The notes: generated by a model not told the origin, from the sequence alone. Positions 38,241 through 48,806 are shown, numbered from the stretch's first letter. The stretch: 54,299 nucleotides of DNA from an uncultured Nitrosopumilaceae archaeon (GCA_964507355.1 CAZDPM010000001.1:1-54299), one strand, 5' to 3'. Made by a program: numbers and translations.

Positions 38241-38710
38241 ATGAACAATCTTTTTTAGTTATTGCAATAATTGGAATAGGAAGGTATGCAATTTCACTAT
38301 ACTTTACAAACAATACTTTAGAGTAGCATTACCAAATTCTGCAATTCCGCTAAAGATGGAAGATAATCATGATGGAAGATTAATCCAATACAAACTTTCA
38401 CCGGTACATTTGTTGGTGTAGGGGATGAAATACATGATGCGCAAGGAATGGTTAGAACAATTTCATTAGATGATGGAAATAATGTTCTAAGATTAGAGAA
38501 TTTCAAAGCAACTAACGGTCTTGATTTGTATGTTTACTTGGCTACAGATAATCATGCATCTGAATTTGTCAATCTTGGTAAACTAAAGGCAAATAATGGA
38601 AACCAAAATTATAATATTCCAGAAAATACGAATCTTGAAAAATATAATAAAGTTTTGATTTGGTGTAAGGCCTTGGTGTTTTCTTTGGCAATGCTGATTT
38701 TTCACCATAA
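38241..38710 (+). pseudogene. Frameshifted DM13 domain protein
   Basis: TFTGTFVG..H.AQG..LRLENF..TNG.DLYVYL..LGKLK.N.GNQNY.IP..V.IWC; frameshift at CKA/GVFFGNA and broken 5' signal region. Confidence 0.75.
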
Positions 38711-38825
38711 TATTTTTTTTATTTTAATGTATTAGAGATTGTTGATTCTATAATTTTAGATTGAAATACCTTTTGTTTAACTATCTAAGGATATGTTTTA
38801 AATTTGATAAATATATAATCGGTAT

Positions 38826-40112
38826 ATGTATCGAATTTTCTTTTTTATTATTGGTGTTTTTTCTATAAGCTTTATTTCATTAGTATCTGCTCAAGAATTT
38901 CCAGAATTTGGTATCAAAGTAGAAACAGTTGCAGAAAATCTGAAGATACCTTGGGAAATTGATTTTGCCCCTGACGGTAGAATTTTCTTTACAGAGAGAA
39001 TTGGTAATTTGAGAATAATTGAAAATAAACTAGTTTCCGAACCTATAATTTCATTAAAAGTATCTGGATCTGAAGGAGGATTACTTGGATTAGCTTTAGA
39101 CCCTAATTTTGAAGAAAATCATTTTTTGTATCTATATTATAGCTATTCAGATTTTTTTGATATTTATAATAGGGTGGTTCGTTATGTTGAATCTGATAAT
39201 AAATTATCTGATGAAACGATTTTACTTGATAAAATTCCTGGAAGTCAAATACACGATGGAGGAAGAATAAAGTTTGGTCCTGATGGAAAACTCTACATTA
39301 CAACAGGTGATGCTGCAAATTCTAAAACGGCTCAGAGCCTAGATTCTTTAGCCGGAAAAATTTTACGAATAAATTCTGATGGTACAATTCCTGAAGATAA
39401 TCCCTTTCTAAATTCTCCTGTGTATTCTTTAGGCCATAGAAATCCGCAAGGAATTGATTGGCATCCAGAAAGCAAAATTTTAGTTGAAACAGAACATGGT
39501 CCATCAGGTGAACGAGGAAATGCTCATGATGAAGTTAATGTGATATTCCCTAGTAAAAATTATGGTTGGCCTAACATTGTAGGTGATGAAACAAGTGATA
39601 GTTTTGTAAATCCAATTTTACATACTGGTGATGATACTTGGGCTCCATCTGGTTCAGTATTTTATAATTCAGATAAAATTACTCAGTGGTATGGAAAATA
39701 CTTTATCGCAACATTACGTGGAAATCATTTGAGAATGCTGGATTTGGATTTAGAAAATAATTTAGTTATTAGTAGTGACGTATTACTTGATGGAGAGTTT
39801 GGACGATTACGTAGTGTGAATATGGGGTCAGATGGTTATCTATACGTGTTAACTAGTAATCAAGATGGTAGAGGAGAACCAGCAAAAAATGATGATAGAA
39901 TTTTACGAATTATACCGTTAGAGTATGATGTAGAAAAAATAAATTCTCTTTCCCCTTTAAAACAAACACAATCAGGAATTTTACCTCAAAATGTTTCATG
40001 CAGAGAAGGGCTAGAATTAATTTTTAAAACTAATTCATTATCTCCTATATGTGTTAAATTTGAAAGTATTGCAAAACTATCTGAACGTGGGTATTTTAAT
40101 AGTCACGACTAA
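38826..40112 (+). CDS. Secreted PQQ-dependent glucose/sorbosone dehydrogenase with C-terminal SPLKQ domain
   Basis: PW.I.F.PDG, EGGLLG, HDGGRI.FGPDG.LY...GD, GKILR, GHRNPQG, NYGWP. Confidence 0.92.
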   Translation: MYRIFFFIIGVFSISFISLVSAQEFPEFGIKVETVAENLKIPWEIDFAPDGRIFFTERIGNLRIIENKLVSEPIISLKVSGSEGGLLGLALDPNFEENHFLYLYYSYSDFFDIYNRVVRYVESDNKLSDETILLDKIPGSQIHDGGRIKFGPDGKLYITTGDAANSKTAQSLDSLAGKILRINSDGTIPEDNPFLNSPVYSLGHRNPQGIDWHPESKILVETEHGPSGERGNAHDEVNVIFPSKNYGWPNIVGDETSDSFVNPILHTGDDTWAPSGSVFYNSDKITQWYGKYFIATLRGNHLRMLDLDLENNLVISSDVLLDGEFGRLRSVNMGSDGYLYVLTSNQDGRGEPAKNDDRILRIIPLEYDVEKINSLSPLKQTQSGILPQNVSCREGLELIFKTNSLSPICVKFESIAKLSERGYFNSHD

Positions 40113-40380
40113 TTTTTTTTAACAGGAGTATTATTTTCAACTATCACATTTCTCTCTCAAAAGCAACTGAGAATCTCTACAACCTTGAGAGCAAAATTTT
40201 GTATTTTACACTTCAACTGTTTTACTATCGTATGTGTAATTATTTTCAAAATTATCTATTTTTGATGTATGAATTTTGAATCCTTTTCTATTTCTTTAAG
40301 AATATATCTATTTGATACTAAAAATTAATATTTAAAATTTTTATAGAAAATTTTATCATCTAGAAAGTTTTCTTATAATT

Positions 40381-40728
40381 ATGGAAATTCAACAAGCAGT
40401 TGAAAAAATTTTGAAGATCAGTCCTTCTGTCAGAATTGTCAGTTTGTGTGATCTGAAAGGCAAATTGGTATTTTCTGCGCGTTCAAAGAAAGTACAGATT
40501 TTGGTCTCAAAGAAACAAAGTTTGGCATCATTAAAAGCTGCAGCATATGACTGGAAACAAAGAAAAAAACTGTTGAAATCACTTGGACCATGTAAATATG
40601 TAGTTGCAGAATATGATAAAGTCAAGAGGATAGTAATCCCCGCTGGCAAAAATCATATTATGTATGTAACTACCACTGCTTCATTTGATCATAACAAAGT
40701 TGTACGTAAGGTACGTTCTTTCAAATAA
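40381..40728 (+). CDS. Roadblock/profilin-like small sensory protein (paralog 1)
   Basis: IL.....R...CD..G.......W..R....G...Y....Y.KV.R...P. Confidence 0.7.
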   Translation: MEIQQAVEKILKISPSVRIVSLCDLKGKLVFSARSKKVQILVSKKQSLASLKAAAYDWKQRKKLLKSLGPCKYVVAEYDKVKRIVIPAGKNHIMYVTTTASFDHNKVVRKVRSFK

Positions 40729-40813
40729 TAATACTGCCCTACTTTTTTCTATTTTTTAATCCAGCTAATGCTATACATGCAAACTATTTTTTGAGGCAAA
40801 TGTATTTTTTTAT

Positions 40814-41074
40814 TTAACCGAGTTTTCTCTTTTTAGTTCCTCTTCCTGAACTAACCCACATACCTTTTGTTGATTTGTGTTCAGTAGATGGAATATCGCT
40901 AAACTTTATCTTGCCAGTTCCACGTCCTACTGAAACATATTTGTCTTTGGATTCTTCTTTTTTTGCTTCTTGGATCTTTTTGAATTCTGAACCTGCCCAA
41001 TTTGAAGCACTATCTACCTCAATAATTTTTGTACCTCTTCCTGATCGTACTTTTATTTTGACCATTTTTTTCAT
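40814..41074 (-). CDS. Basic protein with three GRGT repeats (ORF track start 41116)
   Basis: VRSGRGTK, VSVGRGTGK, VSSGRGTKK. Confidence 0.65.
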   Translation of the reverse strand: MKKMVKIKVRSGRGTKIIEVDSASNWAGSEFKKIQEAKKEESKDKYVSVGRGTGKIKFSDIPSTEHKSTKGMWVSSGRGTKKRKLG

Positions 41075-41189
41075 ATATACTACCAATTTCTTATTAATAA
41101 GATTTTGATAGAGCACACTTATCGTATTTCTTATAATAATGCATTTTCTTTAAATGCTTGTTTTACAATTCATGTGCTGATGTGAGTTG

Positions 41190-41582
41190 TTATTCTTTTG
41201 TTGGATCTCCTGTTAAAATGTTCAAAACGTGTTGTATGATCTGCTTTTGTCCTCCTTCATGAAGATCCATCCTAGTAGTTTCAGACCCCATACTTACAAA
41301 GATAAGGTTGTTATCCCCAAGTGGAAATGTAATTCTAGTAATTTTCTCAAATGCTGCCACTGCATACAATCCTCTTCCTATTTTTGGACTAAGCTGTTTT
41401 CTTGCTTTCCATGCACTTGCTGCCCTCTTAAGCGAATCTGCTGTTTCTTGTTCCGTTAAATAATTTTCCACTCCATGACGATGATTTACTGTAATGATGT
41501 TGCCTTCAACATCTGTAATTACACTATGTCTGATGTTTACATCCGAGTCCATTATTCTCTGCAAGAGTTTTTCAAAGCCCAA
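41190..41582 (-). CDS. Roadblock/profilin-like protein (paralog 2)
   Basis: SLKRA..AW..R......IGRGLY.V.A.EKI.RIT.PL. Confidence 0.75.
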   Translation of the reverse strand: MGFEKLLQRIMDSDVNIRHSVITDVEGNIITVNHRHGVENYLTEQETADSLKRAASAWKARKQLSPKIGRGLYAVAAFEKITRITFPLGDNNLIFVSMGSETTRMDLHEGGQKQIIQHVLNILTGDPTKE

Positions 41583-41769
41583 TATTGTCCTCCATCTTAT
41601 TTAGTTCAGTAATGTGTTTTGATTTTTGCTTTTTTTGTGATTCATCTATATTTTTTCCATATTCTTCAAGCAATTCTTCATTTAGTCTGTCTAGATGCAT
41701 TGCAATATGCCCTGAATTGGAATTATCCACTATACTGATACGCGAAACTAATAGAAAAGCGTTAATCAT
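41572..41769 (-). CDS. Hypothetical protein
   Basis: ORF overlapping start of 41190 gene. Confidence 0.35.
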   Translation of the reverse strand: MINAFLLVSRISIVDNSNSGHIAMHLDRLNEELLEEYGKNIDESQKKQKSKHITELNKMEDNIGL

Positions 41770-42443
41770 ATAATTAAAATTTTTAAAGAAATATGAAATC
41801 TGTATTTTTGTTTAATAGTTACTATGAAGAATTGATTTTTGTTTGTTTAATTTTAAATAATCAAACAAACAAAAATTATTGTATTTTATAGTTATTATAT
41901 CTACAATGTAATGTAACACAACATAAAACAAATGTTCTCATATGTGATATTTTTTGAATTGTATATATCCACCAGAGCAGTCTACTGCAAAACTACATCT
42001 TACAAATACTTGTTTCTTGATAAATATGATCAATGGGAGACCCAAGCAATTCCAGTTCCCCTAACCACTAATTCATCCTTGTCCACAAAGATGAGAGTTG
42101 ATGTAATCATACTCAACATCTAATTTTCTCTCTGGAATTTTAGAACGTATTCCAAATGATTTTAGAGGTATAAAACATAAAATAGTAATTAAAACCAAGT
42201 AGTTATCCAATGACAACTCTATGTTTTGGTTCCAACACCAAACTTTCATTGATGTTTTTACTAGTTGATTACTATCTAGAGAAGTTAACTGTTGCAAAAT
42301 AAAAATATAGTTATCCTAATGATGAATATTTGTTTATTATTACAATTAATTTTGGATGAACTAGGGATTAAAGAAAACAAAAAAGATCATAACTTACATC
42401 GTTTAATTATAAAAATTAGAACTCGATCATTATTGTAAGTCCT

Positions 42444-42842
42444 TCATGATGATGAATTTACAAAGTCTACTATGGACATAATTTTCCCCATATCTACTAA
42501 ATGACCATAACTTTTCCCCTTACTGGCATTTAGTGATGTATTATCCACACTTATGAATAGAAGATTGTTGTTTTCTAACGGAATTGTAATTCGTTTAATT
42601 TTTTCATAAGCCGCAATCACATACAAACCTCGTCCAACCTTATCTGTAATGGCAGATCTCTCTTGCCACGCATTTAATGCCCTTTTTAGCGTTTTTTTGG
42701 TATCTTCTAATGAGATGATATTTTTTATTCCATTTCTCTGACTTTGCCATAAAATTTCACCGTCTTTATCGCAAACTGCAGCAAATCTAATAGAGTCATT
42801 AAAATCCATTAACATATTGAGAAGCTTTTCATATTTTTCCAC
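42444..42842 (-). CDS. Roadblock/profilin-like protein (paralog 3)
   Basis: IRFAAVCD..G...TLKRA..AW..R...VGRGLY...AYEKIKRIT.PL. Confidence 0.75.
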   Translation of the reverse strand: MEKYEKLLNMLMDFNDSIRFAAVCDKDGEILWQSQRNGIKNIISLEDTKKTLKRALNAWQERSAITDKVGRGLYVIAAYEKIKRITIPLENNNLLFISVDNTSLNASKGKSYGHLVDMGKIMSIVDFVNSSS

Positions 42843-43049
42843 AAATATTACTAGTGATAGAAATATTAAAGAATTATCTTAGTGATGTTCTTAAAAAAAT
42901 ACTAAGAATTAGTCATCTAGTTTAGATAACAAAACATTGCAATAGAACACCATAAAAAGATTAAATTTGTATGATTTAACAAATAAAATTAAACATATTC
43001 TTCAATTCATCACGGTCATGTTTGTTGGTAATCTTTAATCAATAAAGAT

Positions 43050-43148
43050 ATGGCAGAAGCTGGTATTGCTGCTTACAGCGCTGCAATTGGAGTAGCAATT
43101 ACACTTGCAATTGTGTGTTTTGCACTTCATGGTAAAGGACATTCCTGA
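43050..43148 (+). CDS. 32-aa single-TM microprotein
   Basis: MAEAGIAAYSAAIGVAITLAIVCFALHGKGHS*. Confidence 0.45.
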   Translation: MAEAGIAAYSAAIGVAITLAIVCFALHGKGHS

Positions 43149-43201
43149 ATCACTGAATTAATCAAAGGAAATCATTCTAATTCTAAATTATTTTTTAAAA
43201 T

Positions 43202-43444
43202 TTAGAAGGTTAATCCAATTTTCATCAATGACAAATCATTTCTTAGCGTAACATATCTTAGTGAAAAATTCAAATCAGCTAGCAGTGAATCTATTAGTGC
43301 ACATTTATTTTTTGCATATTGGTAATAATGGTCAAATACCAAATCAAATGAATTGCATTTTACAAATTGACTCCAAAAATCATCTCGTATTATAATATAT
43401 TCTCGCAAAAAGTGACATACCGAAACTTCAATAACAGGCGCCAT
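43202..43444 (-). CDS. Hypothetical protein (possibly 5'-truncated)
   Basis: Frame stays open about 21 codons upstream with no ATG. Confidence 0.5.
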   Translation of the reverse strand: MAPVIEVSVCHFLREYIIIRDDFWSQFVKCNSFDLVFDHYYQYAKNKCALIDSLLADLNFSLRYVTLRNDLSLMKIGLTF

Positions 43445-43751
43445 ACTACATCGTAAAAGTTCAATCAGTATTGTCTCAAACTCTCTATCTAGATTTGCAT
43501 CATGGATTTATTGATAGATACTTTTCGTCATATTTTTTCAAGTAAATTCCATTACTTCATTTTTGGCTAGTTTTTCTCTAAATTTTTCTCTTTCTCTTTC
43601 TTTTTTATCTTTCATGGTATAGTATAATGGCAATGGAATTTATGGTTGGTTGGATAAAACATGAACAAATATGTAAAAACTATTGAAAAAAATGGACAAT
43701 ATTTAAGATTTTTAAATTTAAATTATAATATCCTAATTTGATATTAATAAT

Positions 43752-44018
43752 ATGCAAGAACTCCTAAAATGTGAGTGTCCTCCTGGTTCAAAAAATTATG
43801 AAGATGATGAAGGGATGCAAATTTGTTTTTCATGTGGAAGATGGATAGATTTGGTGTTAATGATGTCTTCAAATGTACTTCTAGAAAAAAAGATTGAACC
43901 ATACACCAATTGCAGTCAATGTCATATTCATATGTCCCATTGTCATTGCAAGTGTCCTTATTGTGGACAACGAGATGATTGTGAATGTGCATTATTTGAT
44001 ACAGTTACAGGTGGCTAA
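43752..44018 (+). CDS. Cys/His-rich metal-binding protein
   Basis: CEC, CFSC, CSQC..HMSHCHCKCPYC...CEC. Confidence 0.7.
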   Translation: MQELLKCECPPGSKNYEDDEGMQICFSCGRWIDLVLMMSSNVLLEKKIEPYTNCSQCHIHMSHCHCKCPYCGQRDDCECALFDTVTGG

Positions 44019-44021
44019 AAT

Positions 44022-44180
44022 TTGAATATCTATGACACTAAAACAATAAGGTGTGTGATTTGTGATAAAGCAATAGGCGAAGTAGATTTTGATTCTGAAA
44101 TAATCCGTCCAAAATGTGGACAGTGCTCAAATCCAATTCTTGATACCAAAGATAAAATGCCTTACTTGATATATCACTAG
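44022..44180 (+). CDS. 52-aa Zn-ribbon protein, missed by ORF track
   Basis: MNIYDTKTIRCVICDKAIGEVDFDSEIIRPKCGQCSNP...*. Confidence 0.65.
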   Translation: MNIYDTKTIRCVICDKAIGEVDFDSEIIRPKCGQCSNPILDTKDKMPYLIYH

Positions 44181-44188
44181 ATTTTAAA

Positions 44189-44719
44189 TTATTTGCTAAA
44201 CCCCTGATTGCCAACCACGTTTAATGTGATCGTTGATTTGATATTTGAAATATTTCTAATTTTTTTGCTAATAATATCAGAAATATCGTTGTATGTGGGA
44301 GCAGCTAGTTTGCAAATTATTTCAAAAGAGCCTATGAGATGATCCGCTTCTATTATCTCAGGTATTTTTTCTAATTCTTGTAAGATTACAGATTCTTGTG
44401 ATCTGTGACAATGTATTATGATAAAAGATTGTACCATGTATTTGTCTAAAACCTCTTTCTCGTTTTTAGTTATTTTTTTAAAACTTTGTTTTTCGTTTAC
44501 CAATAATGTTAAGGTTGACATAATTTTTTTGATTTTTCTAATCTCATGAGAAATATCATTTTGAATTTTTTGATCATCGCTTGATTCAAGCTTTGTTAAA
44601 ATATCATAAGAACCAAATGTACCGTGAGCTTCCTTTACACTTTCAATATGATTTAGATTTGATATTATGGAATCTTCAGCCCCAGATTCATTTGATATCA
44701 GAACATAAGCTTTTGACAT
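44189..44719 (-). CDS. Tandem Lrp/AsnC ligand-binding (RAM) domain protein without HTH
   Basis: AYVLI..E...V.EAH..FG.YDI..K...IR.I....STLTL, twice. Confidence 0.88.
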   Translation of the reverse strand: MSKAYVLISNESGAEDSIISNLNHIESVKEAHGTFGSYDILTKLESSDDQKIQNDISHEIRKIKKIMSTLTLLVNEKQSFKKITKNEKEVLDKYMVQSFIIIHCHRSQESVILQELEKIPEIIEADHLIGSFEIICKLAAPTYNDISDIISKKIRNISNIKSTITLNVVGNQGFSK

Positions 44720-44721
44720 TG

Positions 44722-44961
44722 CTAGTTTTGTCCTTCTATTCCTACAAGAGTAAGTGTGGATCTAACGTGCTCTATTCTTCGAATACCCCAAATGATCATT
44801 TCACGTAGTTTTTCTTTTTCAGCATGTTCCATTTTTGCAATAATGTCATATGCGCCAAATGTGCCATGTACTTCCTTGACTGAAGCTAGATGCTTTAGGT
44901 TTTCAATTATCGATTCTTCTTTTCCTAATTCACAGTTAATCAAAACGTAAGCTACAGCCAT
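44722..44961 (-). CDS. Stand-alone Lrp/AsnC RAM domain
   Basis: AYVLINCELG..V.EVHGTFGAYDII.K..IRRIEHVRSTLTL. Confidence 0.9.
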   Translation of the reverse strand: MAVAYVLINCELGKEESIIENLKHLASVKEVHGTFGAYDIIAKMEHAEKEKLREMIIWGIRRIEHVRSTLTLVGIEGQN

Positions 44962-45014
44962 ACCATCCTAAATCATTAGAAATATTATTTAAAATGAATC
45001 ATCAATTTATGAAT

Positions 45015-45049
45015 ATTTATTTGGATATATATAATTTATTTGGATATAT
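45015..45049. repeat. Tandem 16-bp direct repeat upstream of RAM genes
   Basis: ATTTATTTGGATATAT at 45015 and 45034. Confidence 0.6.
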
Positions 45050-45100
45050 TTATAGAAATTAAGTAAAATACTTTATTGTTATGTAACACGATATAATGCT

Positions 45101-45311
45101 ATGATCCATTGTATAAAATGTTTTGAGTTAGCAGAGATGTGTTTCTATGACAAAGAAGGTACCATTTGATGAGTACATACATGTAATCAAAGAATGTACT
45201 AACTTGAAATACTATTGCAAAGAACACATGCCAAAGCTGGGAAGATGCCTCTGGGATGTGAGATATAATGTTCAAAGCACACTAATTTTTGTTCAGAGGA
45301 TTTCATTCTAG
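45101..45311 (+). pseudogene. Possible frameshifted small Zn protein
   Basis: MIHCIKCFELAE / shift / CVSMTKK...YYCKEHMPK. Confidence 0.35.
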
Positions 45312-45330
45312 AAAAAAAATCTAATTTTAA

Positions 45331-45588
45331 ATGGGTCATATCTATGCCAAAATAAACCAAAGAATGATGCCTTATTCAATACTGATGACATGTAGTAAGG
45401 ATAACAGAACATGGATGAGATCACGAAGTGAAATGTGTTTAGAATGTCAAAAAGAAATAACAATCAATACATCTAAAAAATTCTTAGAAATTCAAAGTAA
45501 TCTAAATCATTTATCAATTGAAAAATCAATAATTGAAACAAATAGAATTTTTTATTTGGATAAAGAAAAATTATACTATTCAGTTTAA
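45331..45588 (+). CDS. Hypothetical protein, possible Zn-binding
   Basis: TC...CLEC. Confidence 0.4.
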   Translation: MGHIYAKINQRMMPYSILMTCSKDNRTWMRSRSEMCLECQKEITINTSKKFLEIQSNLNHLSIEKSIIETNRIFYLDKEKLYYSV

Positions 45589-45792
45589 AAAATAAATATT
45601 TGTTTTCATCAAACTCAAATGAGGCAAAACAAAAGTAATCATGAACTAAAAATTAACTGTAAATATTTTATCTGTTTCTTATAGGATTATAATCATCTAA
45701 AATAAATCTAGAATAAAATAATATTGTAATGTTAAATTAATTATGTAAACATTATTCAAATATTATGTTGTCAATAATGTCTATTGGAAAGA

Positions 45793-46047
45793 TTATGCCG
45801 GAATGGATAACTTTTGCATATGGTCATAATGTATTCTTAAAAAATCCATTATTTTCCTACCTTCTCTTTTGTCAATGGGTGCTCCATTTGCAAGTATACT
45901 TAGATATTTTAAATCAATATCTAGAAGATGTAGAGATGTTTTAATTCCATCTTCATACCCTACTCTTAAATATTCTAAAATTTTATCTTCTGTCTGTATA
46001 ATCTCCAATTCTAGATTTTTAATGTCTTCTAGAATACTTTTTTTCAA
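45793..46047 (-). CDS. Hypothetical helical protein
   Basis: Clean amphipathic ORF. Confidence 0.6.
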   Translation of the reverse strand: MKKSILEDIKNLELEIIQTEDKILEYLRVGYEDGIKTSLHLLDIDLKYLSILANGAPIDKREGRKIMDFLRIHYDHMQKLSIPA

Positions 46048-46416
46048 TGTTCGGGTATTTGGTGTAATGAAAAATAATCTTAGTTATGCAATCTCTTTAA
46101 ATCCGTTAAAAATAATTCAAATTTTTAAACAAAATAAAAGAACAAATTACACTACGGAATTAATGTTTTAAATTTCTGTATTGATTTAATGTTAATGTAT
46201 TAAGTTGATACTCGAAGATTATGAGACTGAGTAATCATTGATTCCACATCAGAGGACATATCGTTAACGAATTTTGTCAGATCTATTTGATACTCCTACC
46301 AATTTTAGGTTCAAAATCATAGAGAAAACTCCTGTTGCAGAAAATACAAGGTAAAATATAATTTCAGCCTGATATGATTAATTTTTAGCTGTTTCTTTTA
46401 GAAAATGACAAATAAT

Positions 46417-46602
46417 TTAAAATAGTGATTTATGAATATTTTTTTTAATTTTATCTTTTAACTCTGGAGTTATCTCGTCTGGTTTCATATTGTGATCTTT
46501 TGTTGCATGTGTTGCACATTGTGTTAAGATTTCTTCTTCAGATTTACCTTTAGCAACAAAATCACAATCAAATCCAACTGAACTACATTTGAATTTTAAC
46601 AT
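46417..46602 (-). CDS. DUF1059-like small metal-binding protein
   Basis: FKCSSVG.DCDF...G.SEEE......HA...H. Confidence 0.85.
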   Translation of the reverse strand: MLKFKCSSVGFDCDFVAKGKSEEEILTQCATHATKDHNMKPDEITPELKDKIKKNIHKSLF

Positions 46603-46930
46603 ATTCTTCTTTGGACATAAGTGAGTATAAAGCTATTGAAAAATAGCATATAACATAAACGTCACAGCAGAACTCAAATTCCGCTCAACATTTTCCCCCT
46701 TTTTTATGTCACAATATCATGTTATTGATATTTTTTATGTGTTCTAGTGTACAAAACGTACATAGTATACATTAGATATTAACCTCCATGCAAATGCGGT
46801 TGTACGATATATTCTTTGTTGCAGTGTTATAACAAAGTCATGTCACATATGATGGATAATGAAATTGACTTTAGATAATATGGATACTCTTAATATGACT
46901 GCAAGCATAATATTCAAAAATCAAGCAAAA

Positions 46931-47965
46931 ATGCAAACAAAAATCATTAGAATTAATCCAAAAAACCCACAAATTTCAAAGATAAGACAGGCTGCCAAAA
47001 TCATAAACTCTGGAAATCTTGTTGCATTTCCAACAGAAACAGTATATGGTCTTGGAGCAAATGCGCTAGATTCAAAGTCAGTCAAAAAAATCTTTATTGC
47101 TAAAGGCAGACCCTCAGATAATCCACTTATTGTTCACATTTCGGATATTACAGATCTTAAGATGTTAGTGGATTACATACCAAATACAGCACATGAATTA
47201 ATTAACAAGTTTTGGCCAGGACCACTCACATTAGTACTCAAAAAATCAAAAATGGTTCCAAAAATTACTACTGGTGGAATCAACACAGTTGCAGTAAGAA
47301 TGCCAAAAAACAAGATTGCACAAGCATTGATACGAGAAACGGGTGTACCTATAGCAGCACCATCTGCAAACATTTCTGGAAGGCCAAGCCCCACCACATC
47401 AGAGCATGTGTCTGATGATCTGGATGGTAAAATCAGCATGATAATAGATGGGGGTAAAACAAAAATTGGAATAGAATCCACAGTAATTGATCTTTCTAGA
47501 AAGTTCCCAATGCTGTTAAGACCTGGAGGTGTGACATTAGAACAGATACAGTGCGTCATTGGTAAAATTGCAATCCATCCAACCATACAAGAAAGAAAAA
47601 CAAAATCAGTTCATCGTTCGCCAGGTATGAAATATAGACATTATTCTCCAAATGCAAAAATAATTCTAATTGAGGGTCAAAAAGATAAAGTAAAAAACAA
47701 AATTTTGCATCTTTTATCCCAATTCAAAAAACAGGGAAAAAAAGTTGGTATAATGACTGCTGTAAATACAAGATACAAATCAGATATGACTGTATTTCTA
47801 GGTAATAATCTGGATATGATATCTGCTAACTTATTTAAAACATTCAGAGAATTTGATGTAAAAAAAATAGACATGGTACTTGTACAATGTATCAGTCGTA
47901 ATGGTTTGGGCCTTGGAATAATGAATAGACTTGAAAAAGCTGCCTACAAAAAGATCAAAATTTAA
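46931..47965 (+). CDS. sua5: Threonylcarbamoyl-AMP synthase Sua5 (YrdC + SUA5 domains; ORF track start 46859)
   Basis: FPTETVYGL, KGRPSDNPLIVH, WPGPLT, APSANISGRPSPT, SPGMKYRHYSP. Confidence 0.95.
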   Translation: MQTKIIRINPKNPQISKIRQAAKIINSGNLVAFPTETVYGLGANALDSKSVKKIFIAKGRPSDNPLIVHISDITDLKMLVDYIPNTAHELINKFWPGPLTLVLKKSKMVPKITTGGINTVAVRMPKNKIAQALIRETGVPIAAPSANISGRPSPTTSEHVSDDLDGKISMIIDGGKTKIGIESTVIDLSRKFPMLLRPGGVTLEQIQCVIGKIAIHPTIQERKTKSVHRSPGMKYRHYSPNAKIILIEGQKDKVKNKILHLLSQFKKQGKKVGIMTAVNTRYKSDMTVFLGNNLDMISANLFKTFREFDVKKIDMVLVQCISRNGLGLGIMNRLEKAAYKKIKI

Positions 47966-48043
47966 AGTAGTTAGATTTGGATCTATCCAAGATGATTATT
48001 CGATAATACATGTTGATTTTTCATCTACACTCAAATTGACAGA

Positions 48044-48097
48044 ACGTAGATGGGAATACGAAAACTAGGTTTTTACACCTATCTGCGTCCGTTTTAT
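48044..48097. repeat. Hairpin / dispersed repeat copy between convergent genes
   Basis: ACGTAGATGGG...CCTATCTGCGT stem; 48070-48097 reverse complement matches 54092-54119 at 25/28. Confidence 0.65.
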
Positions 48098-48129
48098 CAC
48101 AGCTAGAAGATAAACTGGATATGTGTCAG

Positions 48130-48318
48130 TCATTTTGTTCTTAGCATTGGATTTTCTAATTTGTATCTGCGCTCAATTAGCATACATTGTGAATGAATTT
48201 GCTCAATGGTAATATGTCCACAACTATGACAAAAAAATTCATTTGCTATATTGCATATTTTGCATTTTTTATTTACTTCTGGTGTTTTACCACACTTTCT
48301 ACATGAATCAATTCTCAT
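48130..48318 (-). CDS. Small Cys-rich Zn protein
   Basis: CRKC, CKIC, CHSC, HSQC. Confidence 0.7.
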   Translation of the reverse strand: MRIDSCRKCGKTPEVNKKCKICNIANEFFCHSCGHITIEQIHSQCMLIERRYKLENPMLRTK

Positions 48319-48352
48319 GTATCTACTACGTTTTTTTGATACATTATACTTG

Positions 48353-48370
48353 GTAAGCTAGTTAGCTTAC
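48353..48370. promoter_or_regulatory. Perfect palindrome upstream of Zn protein gene
   Basis: GTAAGCTA-GT-TAGCTTAC, 35 bp upstream of ATG 48318. Confidence 0.45.
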
Positions 48371-48617
48371 TTGTATTATGGGCCATTTCTCAACTCTGTC
48401 ATATTTGTAAATTAACTCTAGTGTTCTTTGATAGTTCCTCTTCGATTCTAAAAATCCATCGAATCTATTTATCATAAGAATAGATGTCTGAAATTGGCTT
48501 TTCTGGCTGTAATTTGAGCATAAGACATCAAAATGCATGCAAGAGTATTAAACACAATTGTGTGTGTCGGGATGAGTTCTGTCAAATCAGCTTATACTCT
48601 AATGGACTATTAACCAA

Positions 48618-48806
48618 TTACTTTTTCTTCACTTTCTTTGGTATGTTTTTTTTCATTTTTACATACGCCATGACGATTTTCAGTTGATTGGTCATTTTTG
48701 ATACATAATCCACAGCCTCGTCAAATTTGTCTCTTTGAATTGCAAGAATTAATCCTTCTGAATATATTTTGACATCATTTACTATGTTTTCAACATCATC
48801 TTTCAT
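48618..48806 (-). CDS. Hypothetical helical protein
   Basis: Amphipathic 62-aa ORF. Confidence 0.55.
   Translation of the reverse strand: MKDDVENIVNDVKIYSEGLILAIQRDKFDEAVDYVSKMTNQLKIVMAYVKMKKNIPKKVKKK

Noticed and set aside
41932-42297. ORFs 41932-42123 and 42073-42297
   Set aside because: No recognisable motifs; probably fragments of a decayed gene
47173-47874. Antisense and alternate-frame ORFs inside sua5 (and similar ones inside the kinase, integrase, res, OLD, mrr, CBS, NRAMP)
   Set aside because: Shadows of well-supported genes
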